Below are positions 24,904 to 32,646 of a stretch of 32,646 nucleotides of DNA, piece after piece. Position 1 is the stretch's first letter. Each line of letters opens with the position of its first letter. A program made the position numbers and the translations under genes. Origin of the DNA: Methanobacteriota archaeon (GTDB taxonomy: Archaea; Thermoplasmatota; Poseidoniia; Poseidoniales; Thalassarchaeaceae). The notes beneath the pieces are model-generated. The model saw only the letters and a program-made list of their open reading frames with translations, searched no databases and was not told the origin of the DNA. The stretch is taken from the NCBI GenBank assembly GCA_002731195.1, contig PCAI01000018.1, positions 1 through 32,646 of the forward strand, written 5' to 3'.

Positions 24904-26187
24904 ATGGGCTCACAATGGGAAGATAAGAAAAAAGATCACTTAAATATCGTGTTCGTAGGACACGTTGACCACGGAAAATCAACTACTGTAGGAAGATTAC
25001 TTCTTGACAGCGGGCATATCGAACAACACGTAATCGATAAGAATGAAAAACTTGCATCAGAGCAAGGTAAGGCCGGATTCGGACTAGCCTATGTTATGGA
25101 TGGACTGAAGGAAGAACGTGAGCGTGGGATTACTATTGATGTTGCGCACAAAGAATTCTTTACTCCTAATTATTACTTCACAGTTATTGATGCTCCTGGC
25201 CACCGTGATTTCGTAAAAAATATGATTACTGGTACAAGCCAAGCTGACGCTGCTGTATTATGTGTCGCAGCTAACGATGGAGTAAATGCACAAACTAAAG
25301 AACATGCTTTCTTAGCTAGAGTTCTTGGTGTGAAGCAACTCATTGTTAATATAAACAAAATGGACATTAGCGGTGTTGATTACTCTGAAGATAAATATAA
25401 TTCTGTAGTTACTGAAGTAACTAATCTTCTAAAAACTGCAGGTTTCAACACTGATGATGTACCAATGATTGCAGGTTCATCATTCCTTGGTGAGAATATA
25501 TTCAATAAGAGTTCAAATATGCCTTGGTACAAAGGACCAACACTTTTTGAAGCAATTGATGCAATTAAAATGCCTCCAAAACCAACTGATAGGCCGCTAA
25601 GATTACCAATACAAGATGTTTACAAAATAAGTGGAATTGGTACAGTTCCAGTAGGAAAAGTAGAAACTGGAGTCCTTAACTCTGGTAAAACAGTGGTTTT
25701 CAATCCAAGTCAAAAATCTGCTGAAGTTAAGAGTATCGAGATGCACCACACAATTCACGAAAAAGCTGAGCCAGGTGACAATGTTGGTTTCAACGTTAGA
25801 GGACTAGCAGCTACTGATATTCGCCGTGGAGATGTTGCAGGATATGCAGACAGTGCTCCTGTTTTTGTTCGCCACGATGAAACATTCGTAGGGCAAATAC
25901 AGATCATGGATATCCCTAAGGCAATTGGCGCAGGATATACTCCAGTTTTCCATGCACACACCTCTCAAGTTGCAGTTCGTTTCGTAGAACTTTTAGAGAA
26001 TGCTAAGACTAAAGAAAAAAATCCTGCTTTCTTGAAGTCCGGAGATGCTGCGTTAATCCGTTTTATGCCTACTAAACCAATGGCAATAGAGGAAATGGCT
26101 AACTTCCCTGAATTAGCACGTTTCGCTATTAGAGATATGGGTAAGACAGTTGCTGCTGGCGTTTGTATGAAGATTGAGAAGAAGTAA
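24904..26187 (+). CDS. tuf: translation elongation factor EF-1alpha
   Basis: G1 [11 protein letters not shown]3 DAPGHRDF, G4 NKMD. Archaeal/eukaryal-type domains II and III. GAGGTG (24892-24897) lies 6 nt upstream of the ATG at 24904, so I prefer that start to the track GTG at 24895. Confidence 0.95.
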   Translation: MGSQWEDKKKDHLNIVFVGHVDHGKSTTVGRLLLDSGHIEQHVIDKNEKLASEQGKAGFGLAYVMDGLKEERERGITIDVAHKEFFTPNYYFTVIDAPGHRDFVKNMITGTSQADAAVLCVAANDGVNAQTKEHAFLARVLGVKQLIVNINKMDISGVDYSEDKYNSVVTEVTNLLKTAGFNTDDVPMIAGSSFLGENIFNKSSNMPWYKGPTLFEAIDAIKMPPKPTDRPLRLPIQDVYKISGIGTVPVGKVETGVLNSGKTVVFNPSQKSAEVKSIEMHHTIHEKAEPGDNVGFNVRGLAATDIRRGDVAGYADSAPVFVRHDETFVGQIQIMDIPKAIGAGYTPVFHAHTSQVAVRFVELLENAKTKEKNPAFLKSGDAALIRFMPTKPMAIEEMANFPELARFAIRDMGKTVAAGVCMKIEKK

Positions 26188-26209
26188 TTCTTAACACGGA
26201 GTGAACAGC

Positions 26210-26539
26210 ATGCCAGTTGTAACTACTATCAAACTAACTGGCGATAATCATACCGATGTAGATATTGTTTGTCAGCAAATTAAGCATATATCTGATGAAA
26301 CTGGTGTAAAATTAAGAGGGCCAATACCTCTACCTACAAAGAAACTTCTAGTTCCTTGCCGTAAGAGCCCAGATGGCGAAGGGGCAGAAACTTGGGATCA
26401 TTGGGAAATGAGAGTACATAAGAGACTTTTAGAATTAGTTACAAACTCTTCAAAAGATGAAAAATCCCTTAGGAAAGTATTGAGGATACCTATACCAGAT
26501 AGCGTAACAATCGAACTTTCTCTTCGTAATCTAGGTTAG
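26210..26539 (+). CDS. rps10: 30S ribosomal protein S10 (uS10)
   Basis: IKLTGDNHTDVDIVCQQI...GVKLRGPIPLPTKKL...WDHWEMRVHKRLLEL is the uS10 pattern. It lies directly downstream of EF-1alpha, as in archaeal str-type clusters. GGAGTG is 6 nt upstream of the ATG at 26210. Confidence 0.9.
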   Translation: MPVVTTIKLTGDNHTDVDIVCQQIKHISDETGVKLRGPIPLPTKKLLVPCRKSPDGEGAETWDHWEMRVHKRLLELVTNSSKDEKSLRKVLRIPIPDSVTIELSLRNLG

Positions 26540-27877
26540 ACTTTCTCTTGCTAGACTTCCCATAGGATCCCATGCCGGCAATATTACAGGTTTAGTTTCT
26601 AAAGCTTTTAACATGTCTTTTGTTAAGTATGATTTTGGTGAAGCTATCTCAAACATATGTTCATCAAACCAATTATCATTCATAGTGTAAAATCCTTTTT
26701 TACCACTTTCCTCTGCTCCCCATGAATTCTCAACTCTCCATCTTCTTGGTTTGCCATCAATTAAATCTACACCAGTAAAAAGCATTGCATGAGTCATCAT
26801 AGTTTGGCTATGGCGTAACCTATCTGCCTTATCCATACCAAATTCAACACCATACAAATTCTCATATTCAAATAGATTTGCATCCCACAAACCTCTTTTC
26901 CTTTCCATTTGCTTACCAACATCACACCCCATCCATACTGGAATACCATCATTTAATATGTTCTTAGTGATATCTTTCATAGATTCGATATCAATATTAA
27001 GATATATTACAGGCGGCCCTCCTGCAACATTTTGTAGAAAATCTACAGTATAGGTTTGCATTGTTTTATTTCTAGGGTCATGAACAAGACATACATAATC
27101 TTCCCAGTCAATATCTACATATTCTTTTACAAATTCTTGAGGCGTAATATTACCTTTACTGTGGAAATTATTATCTTTATCTCGCCATTGCCAATCAAAA
27201 CTTTCAGGAGGTGTACCTAAATGAATACATAATATTTTCCAAATATCACTTATTCTTTTTTCTTTATGAATACGAGCTTCTTCAAAACTACCTCCACCAT
27301 CAATAATTTTCCTAATCTCACATGCTGAACTTCTCAAAATATCTTTCAACATTACATTCATCCATCTTGTAGAACTACTACTATCTGATTCTGGATATGC
27401 GGATTTAGGAACCAATCCATGCTTTCGAATTAAATTCATTGCCATATTCCATTGACCTCCATCTCCTATTGGATCTCCAAGTAAAAAATCAATCGTACGA
27501 TCATTTATTTCACGATCTGAAGTAGTTATTATTGATTCTAATAAGTGATTTGATCTTTCAAATTTATCCCAAAAGTGAATATGTGACTGACTAAATTCAA
27601 AATCTTTTAAATTCATTTTTTTCATAGCACCCACTCTGAATAGATTTAACGCTGCAAAAAGCCAACATCGACCACTTCTTTTTTGATTTGTAACTGACCA
27701 ATCGTCTAATTTTACACTGAATGTAGGAGTTATCTCATTCACTAATTCTCTATTCAAGGTTAGATTTGGGAGAGAAACATTTGTTACAGCATTTTGTGCA
27801 ATTTTTGCTAACTTATCTTCTTCAAATTTTTTCCTATACTTTTTTATTTGTACTTCAGTTATCTCACTCATAATCAA
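26531..27877 (-). CDS. pepC: aminopeptidase C / bleomycin hydrolase (peptidase family C1B)
   Basis: 448 aa. Catalytic Cys context NQKRSGRCWLFAALN, catalytic His context THAMLFTGVD, then NSWG. The length and C-terminal tail are typical of PepC. Confidence 0.9.
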   Translation of the reverse strand: MIMSEITEVQIKKYRKKFEEDKLAKIAQNAVTNVSLPNLTLNRELVNEITPTFSVKLDDWSVTNQKRSGRCWLFAALNLFRVGAMKKMNLKDFEFSQSHIHFWDKFERSNHLLESIITTSDREINDRTIDFLLGDPIGDGGQWNMAMNLIRKHGLVPKSAYPESDSSSSTRWMNVMLKDILRSSACEIRKIIDGGGSFEEARIHKEKRISDIWKILCIHLGTPPESFDWQWRDKDNNFHSKGNITPQEFVKEYVDIDWEDYVCLVHDPRNKTMQTYTVDFLQNVAGGPPVIYLNIDIESMKDITKNILNDGIPVWMGCDVGKQMERKRGLWDANLFEYENLYGVEFGMDKADRLRHSQTMMTHAMLFTGVDLIDGKPRRWRVENSWGAEESGKKGFYTMNDNWFDEHMFEIASPKSYLTKDMLKALETKPVILPAWDPMGSLARESLT

Positions 27878-27904
27878 TCACCATTTCTCTTTAAACTCCA
27901 ATTT

Positions 27905-28840
27905 TTATACAGGGGCTGGCTCTGCTAATCCAGCTGCTATTAGTGTGTCTGCAATCAATGCTGAACAGGACTCAATATCTCCTGCATTAAGTAATAATTC
28001 AGTCCCATCTTCAGCAATTATGGGATCATTCAAATCTTTAATTATTTTTATTCTTCTCAAATCAGACATACTTGAATTTTTTATTTCTAATATTTCGTCT
28101 TTAGGAGGCATATGACTAATTTGATAGGGAAACTTTTCTATCTCTCTAATCCTATCCTCATCATCATATTCAGGTTCTTCCCATTCTTTATTTACTTCTA
28201 CGTCCTTGATTGGAATTAATTCCTCATTGTCAATTACTTCCTGATCCTCATTAAATTCTTTTAGATTAATATGACTTGTCGATACTTGTATTTCTTCGAT
28301 GATATTATCTGGACCGTTTAGTAAACCTTCCCACTGTACATCCATCTTGTATTTTTCAGTAAAATTAATCATTCCATTATAGAATTTCCGTTCTGCAGGA
28401 TCATGTCTTCGCCAATCTATTTTATGTAAAGAACCCGATACTCCAAGAGTAATTGTTTGAGCTTTGATCAAATTAGATAATATAGCGTGTTGGGCAAAGG
28501 CATTCAATCTTAATCTAGTTGTATCATTAATACACGTTCGTAATGTATTTAACCTTCTAGATTGTAATTGTGATTTAGTAGTCTGACCCCCTTCTTTTCG
28601 AATTGTTTCCGAACATTCTGTATCCAAATGATACAATAATTGTCTAACTGCTGACCAAAAATTTTCTCTCGGTAAATCCACCGGTATCGTTTGTGTTTTT
28701 TGTTTTCTAGAGACTTCAAAGATAGCCTTTTCAACTTCCATAAGTTCATAATTACTCAATCTTGGAATGTCTTCGTTGCCTAGCACGTGAGTAACCTGTA
28801 ACAGGTGGGCCACAGGCGATAAATGAACAATCCCCTTCAT
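27905..28840 (-). CDS. GINS-like protein (Gins51/Gins15-type A-B domain order) with long acidic insertion; otherwise hypothetical
   Basis: The helical N-half has LPRENFW and TRLRLNAFAQHAI, which resemble the LPxDFY and RLxKI segments of the GINS A-domain. The C-terminal RRIKIIKDLNDPIIAEDGTELLLNAGDIESCSALIADTLIAAGLAEP resembles the GINS B-domain. This is motif-level recognition only. Confidence 0.45.
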   Translation of the reverse strand: MKGIVHLSPVAHLLQVTHVLGNEDIPRLSNYELMEVEKAIFEVSRKQKTQTIPVDLPRENFWSAVRQLLYHLDTECSETIRKEGGQTTKSQLQSRRLNTLRTCINDTTRLRLNAFAQHAILSNLIKAQTITLGVSGSLHKIDWRRHDPAERKFYNGMINFTEKYKMDVQWEGLLNGPDNIIEEIQVSTSHINLKEFNEDQEVIDNEELIPIKDVEVNKEWEEPEYDDEDRIREIEKFPYQISHMPPKDEILEIKNSSMSDLRRIKIIKDLNDPIIAEDGTELLLNAGDIESCSALIADTLIAAGLAEPAPV

Positions 28841-28899
28841 ACATCTATTTCTATGCTTTATGCGTGAATATCAAGAAGTAGTATTGCTCCCCACAATGT

Positions 28900-28984
28900 G
28901 CAGATGTACCCGAGTGGTCAAAGGGGACGGGCTCAAGATCCGTTGCGTAGTGCTTCGCAGGTTCAAATCCTGCCATCTGCACCA
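28900..28984 (+). tRNA. tRNA-Leu(CAA): tRNA-Leu (anticodon CAA), class II, CCA encoded
   Basis: Hand fold. Acceptor GCAGATG/CATCTGC, D stem CCC/GGG, anticodon stem ACGGG/TCCGT with loop CTCAAGA (CAA). Long variable arm, T arm GCAGG-TTCAAAT-CCTGC, discriminator A, then CCA. It ends 2 nt before the stop of the convergent HAD gene. Confidence 0.85.
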
Positions 28985-28986
28985 AA

Positions 28987-29709
28987 TTAATCTAATACTT
29001 GAATTAATTTTTCTATAAATTCTATTGTGCCTTTTTTACCATTCTCATTTGTATTATAATCTGCAGCGTCAACAACTTCCTGGAACCTATTATCAATTGC
29101 AACTGACCAACCCACAGTATCAAACATTGGTATATCGTTAGGCCCGTCACCACATGCAATTACGTTTAATGGGTCTATTCCTCGTTGTTTAAATGCCAAT
29201 TTCAACCCAACAGACTTATCAATTGATGAGGATATTATATGAATAGCAAAACCAGTCTTTACTACTAATAAATCAGACCATTCACTCTCAATCAATAATT
29301 CACACATTTTTTCATAGTTTTCATGAGGTCCAAGACACCATTCAGTCTCTCTCCAACGATTGGACTCTATCCCTTTTTCATCAAATCCTTCAATTTTAGT
29401 GGCAAGCCATTTTGCTGCTTCTCTAGATCTAGAACCATCTGCTAAAACTTTAATTTCATGCCCCTCTACACTGTCCCATACTATTCCACCATTCTCAGCC
29501 ACAATGAACCCAGATAAAGCTAAAGACTGCATTATTGGAGTAATATTGGGAAGAGTTCTACCTGATGCCAAGGAAACTAATATTCCCAACTCTTCTAATC
29601 TACGAATTAAAGGAATCATTTTGGGGTCAAAACCCTCAAAATCCATTAGTGTCCCATCTATATCAAAAACTACCATTTCCCACTTTCTATCTCGGGGGAA
29701 CTCTTTCAT
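28987..29709 (-). CDS. HAD-superfamily phosphatase (Cof/IIB-type; phosphoglycolate or sugar-phosphate phosphatase-like)
   Basis: Motif I VVFDIDGTLMD, motif II SLASGR, motif IV ACGDGPNDIPMF. A cap domain lies between them, as in HAD-IIB enzymes. Confidence 0.8.
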   Translation of the reverse strand: MKEFPRDRKWEMVVFDIDGTLMDFEGFDPKMIPLIRRLEELGILVSLASGRTLPNITPIMQSLALSGFIVAENGGIVWDSVEGHEIKVLADGSRSREAAKWLATKIEGFDEKGIESNRWRETEWCLGPHENYEKMCELLIESEWSDLLVVKTGFAIHIISSSIDKSVGLKLAFKQRGIDPLNVIACGDGPNDIPMFDTVGWSVAIDNRFQEVVDAADYNTNENGKKGTIEFIEKLIQVLD

Positions 29710-29791
29710 AACTCTCCGAGAACATAACCTATCAAGATACCACCGCTAAAAATCTTCTATTCATCACCTTCAAACATACCATCCTTTTCCC

Positions 29792-32500
29792 ATGACTATG
29801 GGGGAGGAAGGCGAGGATTTTTTAATCCTAGAAGACGATGAATTTCAATCTTCAGAATCAGCAGATTCTCCAAATAAACCAATATTTAATATTAAAAATG
29901 ATATTGTAAATCAATTCTCTAAGATAAAAAAAATTACACATTCAAATAAAGAAAAGATTTCTAATCCTGTGGATTTAGATGATTCTTCATTATTGGCATT
30001 AGATGGTGTTTACAATTTTGACTGGAATATACGTGGGATGGATTGTCCAGATTGTGCCATGAAAGCATCCAAAGCCATTCGAAGATTGTCTGGTATCGAA
30101 GATTGTAATGTTTCAGCAACTGAAGGACGAGTAAACATATCTCTTGATGTTGCTAGAGGTACAACATCTAAGATAGCCTCTCTTCTTGATAAATTAGGAC
30201 ACTCTGCAGATGTTGATTGGTTTTCTGTATCTGGCCAAAATATTTCAGATATAGAATATAGAACAGGATTAAGTAGAAATAAATTAATTTCTTATATCTC
30301 TAATATAATTGGCATATTGTCAGTTAGAGTCAAATCTGAAAGATTAGAATTACAACTCTTAGAAACGTCTGATACAAAAATTATCTCAAATAGGAAGAAG
30401 AAATTAGGTATTTTATTCGGTAAAAATTATTTCTTAATTAAGAATAATAATTCTTACTTAGATAAAGAACACCTTCAATTAGTTGGTGCAGTTCTAACAA
30501 TCCCATTTCTTCTACTAATTGTATTATTGAATCAAATACCTGCAGTACCAGATTTAATTATCTTTGCAATCTCGCTTATTGGAATTTCTCTCTCATCTTA
30601 TTATATGTTTCAAGAAGCAATTGTAAGTATACAAAACAGAATTCTGGGTTTTCAGGTATTAACATCATTGGCTGTAATTGGTGCATTTCTATTAGGAGAA
30701 TATCCCGAGGCCCTTATGGTTTCTGGATTGGTAGGACTATCGGCCCATCTTGAGAATAGGGCTTTAATTAGGGCTAGAGAGGCAATGCAGGGTGGTTTTG
30801 ATAGAATACCAAAGTATGCTAGAATTAATACAAATACTCCACAATCACAATCCAAAATGACGAATGTTTCAAAAAATATTTTATTATCTGTGAACCAAGA
30901 TCATGGCGATGGTTTAATGCCTATTGAAGCAGTAAATATTGGAGACAACATAGAAATTAGATCTGGTGAAATAATACCCATTGATGGAATAATTATAGAA
31001 GGAAATGGAGAAATCGACAAAGCCCCTCTTACAGGAGAACCAATGCCTGTAACTGTCAAAAAAGGTGACTTTGTTGAGGCTGGCTTAGTCTTAAAACGTG
31101 GACCTATCCTTGTTAAATGTCAATCTGTAGGAAATGAAACTAGACTTTCAGGATTAATGGAACTAGTCAGAAAGTATCGAGATATGCCTACTAAAAGACA
31201 TACAGTAATTGAAAAATTTACTTCTATATGGGTTCCTTTTGTTCTAATAGTTGCTCCTATCATAGGAGTTATCACTGGTAATTTATTCAATACTTTGATA
31301 TTATGGGTTGTTTCTTGCCCCTGCTCATTATTACTTGCATCGCCAGTTCCACATGCAACAGCACTTTCTGTAGCATCTAAATCAGGATTAGTTGCTAGAG
31401 GGGGCGATGTATTGGAAATTGCCGCTGAAATAGATCTAGCACTGTTCGACAAAACAGGAACACTTACTACAGGAAAGTCTACTTTGAAAGAGATATACAC
31501 AATTAGAAGTTTTAATGATGATGAGGCAATAAGTTTAGCATCAGGATTAGAAAATAAATCTAATCATCCATATGCCATTAGTATTCTAAAGGAACTTAAA
31601 GACAGAAATTTAAATTCTTCAAAAGTCTCAGAAATAAAGGACGGTATAGCAGGAATAACAGGACAAAGTAATTCCAAATCAGTGATAATAGGCAGATTAG
31701 ATTGGCTAGTAGATTTTGGTATTGAGATACCTAAATCAATCCAAAATACAGTTGAAAAGATGAGAGAGAAGGGATATGGAATAAGCATTTTAGCCGTAGA
31801 AAAAAAAGCAGTTGCAGTTTTCTCCTTTTCTCATGATCAAGCAAGAGAAGGAGTTGAAGAACTAATCAAAGATTTACAAGACAGAGATATCAAGATAGAA
31901 ATTTTAAGTGGAGATGAACAAAAAAGTGTAGAATCTTTTGCAAAAAAATTAGGATTAAATCCAGATATATGCAGAGGAGGAATAGATCCTGAAGGAAAAG
32001 CAACTTTGGTTTCAGAGAAAGTTCGTAGAAATAATACATTAATGGCTGGTGATGGATTCAATGATGCAGGTGCATTAGCCGTAGCAAATTTAGGAATTGC
32101 CATAGGAAGTGGTGAACAGGTAAATTTAGATGCGGCAGATATTCTTATTCCTGGAAAAAACCCCCACTCAATAATTAAATTAATTGATTTAGCAAAAAGA
32201 ACTAAAAATATAGTTTTACTAAATATTACAATTTCTGTTTTGATAACAGCAATTTTGGTTTCGACAGTTCTATTAGGTTATCAAATCAATTTAGCTGCAG
32301 GGATAGCTCTGCATGAAGCAAGTGTATTTTTAATAATTTTAAATGGAATGTTGGTTTCAGGAAATGATATTTCGAGATTTTCAACTTTAATTTCTTTATT
32401 CAAAGATTTGAGAAATGATATTCTTGAATCATTCACTGTTTTGTTTCAAAGTTTTTTTAGTGCACCCCCTTCTACCAGTAATCTAACCGAGGTCTCGTGA
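29792..32500 (+). CDS. heavy-metal-translocating P1B-type ATPase
   Basis: N-terminal HMA domain with GMDCPDC. TGEP (PLTGEPMPV), TM CPC motif VSCPCSLLLASP, DKTGTLT, SNHPYA, GDGFNDAGAL. Metal specificity is unresolved (see findings). Confidence 0.9.
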   Translation: MTMGEEGEDFLILEDDEFQSSESADSPNKPIFNIKNDIVNQFSKIKKITHSNKEKISNPVDLDDSSLLALDGVYNFDWNIRGMDCPDCAMKASKAIRRLSGIEDCNVSATEGRVNISLDVARGTTSKIASLLDKLGHSADVDWFSVSGQNISDIEYRTGLSRNKLISYISNIIGILSVRVKSERLELQLLETSDTKIISNRKKKLGILFGKNYFLIKNNNSYLDKEHLQLVGAVLTIPFLLLIVLLNQIPAVPDLIIFAISLIGISLSSYYMFQEAIVSIQNRILGFQVLTSLAVIGAFLLGEYPEALMVSGLVGLSAHLENRALIRAREAMQGGFDRIPKYARINTNTPQSQSKMTNVSKNILLSVNQDHGDGLMPIEAVNIGDNIEIRSGEIIPIDGIIIEGNGEIDKAPLTGEPMPVTVKKGDFVEAGLVLKRGPILVKCQSVGNETRLSGLMELVRKYRDMPTKRHTVIEKFTSIWVPFVLIVAPIIGVITGNLFNTLILWVVSCPCSLLLASPVPHATALSVASKSGLVARGGDVLEIAAEIDLALFDKTGTLTTGKSTLKEIYTIRSFNDDEAISLASGLENKSNHPYAISILKELKDRNLNSSKVSEIKDGIAGITGQSNSKSVIIGRLDWLVDFGIEIPKSIQNTVEKMREKGYGISILAVEKKAVAVFSFSHDQAREGVEELIKDLQDRDIKIEILSGDEQKSVESFAKKLGLNPDICRGGIDPEGKATLVSEKVRRNNTLMAGDGFNDAGALAVANLGIAIGSGEQVNLDAADILIPGKNPHSIIKLIDLAKRTKNIVLLNITISVLITAILVSTVLLGYQINLAAGIALHEASVFLIILNGMLVSGNDISRFSTLISLFKDLRNDILESFTVLFQSFFSAPPSTSNLTEVS

Positions 32501-32646
32501 TGTCTGATATTTCTTATGTTGAGTCAAAATATGCACCTCCTTTGGCCGAATGCCCGAATTGTAATCACATGCTCCCTCAAGGACTTGGAGAGGTAACTTG
32601 TGAGATATGTTCAGCTGTTTGTAGAATAACTCACCAACCTACGATT
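32500..32646 (+). CDS. zinc-ribbon-like small protein, N-terminal fragment (continues past the right window edge)
   Basis: The ATG at 32500 overlaps the ATPase TGA by 1 nt (GTGATG). My translation is MSDISYVESKYAPPLAECPNCNHMLPQGLGEVTCEICSAVCRITHQPTI, with a CxxC...CxxC pattern. It is stop-free to the window end. Confidence 0.5.
   Translation, partial: MSDISYVESKYAPPLAECPNCNHMLPQGLGEVTCEICSAVCRITHQPTI

Noticed and set aside
1-32646. CRISPR arrays, IS elements with terminal inverted repeats, rRNA genes or toxin-antitoxin pairs.
   Set aside because: No regularly spaced direct repeats, transposase-like ORFs or rRNA-like segments were seen. Intergenic gaps are mostly under 150 nt. I cannot exclude dispersed repeats without a computational self-comparison.

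Overview
This is a gene-dense, AT-rich chromosomal segment of an archaeon. The archaeal markers are EF-1alpha, S10, S8e, SRP19, Sec61beta, a family-B DNA polymerase, a GINS-like protein and a XerA-type recombinase. Mixed in are bacterial-looking genes: fused RibD, RimK, PepC, a long-form BCAT and a DAGK-type lipid kinase. There is also a four-gene heme-copper oxidase operon and a P1B heavy-metal ATPase. This mix resembles uncultured marine planktonic Euryarchaeota (Marine Group II-like), but that assignment is inference only. I call 31 CDS (2 partial), 2 class-II tRNAs (Ser-UGA, Leu-CAA) and 3 weak promoter-like sites. I see no rRNA, CRISPR array, IS element or obvious prophage. All protein calls come from motif recognition by eye on the supplied translations, without any search, and several start codons are uncertain because GTG/TTG starts and overlaps are common.

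The best candidate for something new is the co-oriented block 13447-17606. It encodes (1) a membrane protein with an N-terminal cytoplasmic SAP/HeH-type DNA-binding motif, (2) a ParA/Soj ATPase, and (3) a 10-TM EamA/DMT permease abutting the ParA stop codon. The permease begins with the ParB-signature peptide KKSGLGRGL but has no other ParB part. I read this as a possible membrane-tethered ParA partition or positioning module that lacks a conventional ParB.

Secondary oddities:
- The oxidase subunit I carries an extra ~210-aa N-terminal ectodomain plus an extra TM helix.
- Oxidase subunit III has His-rich expansions.
- The GINS-like protein has a long acidic insertion.
- The P1B-ATPase has mixed metal-specificity motifs and is start/stop-coupled to a zinc-ribbon ORF.
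- Convergent genes and tRNAs are packed with overlapping or abutting ends.
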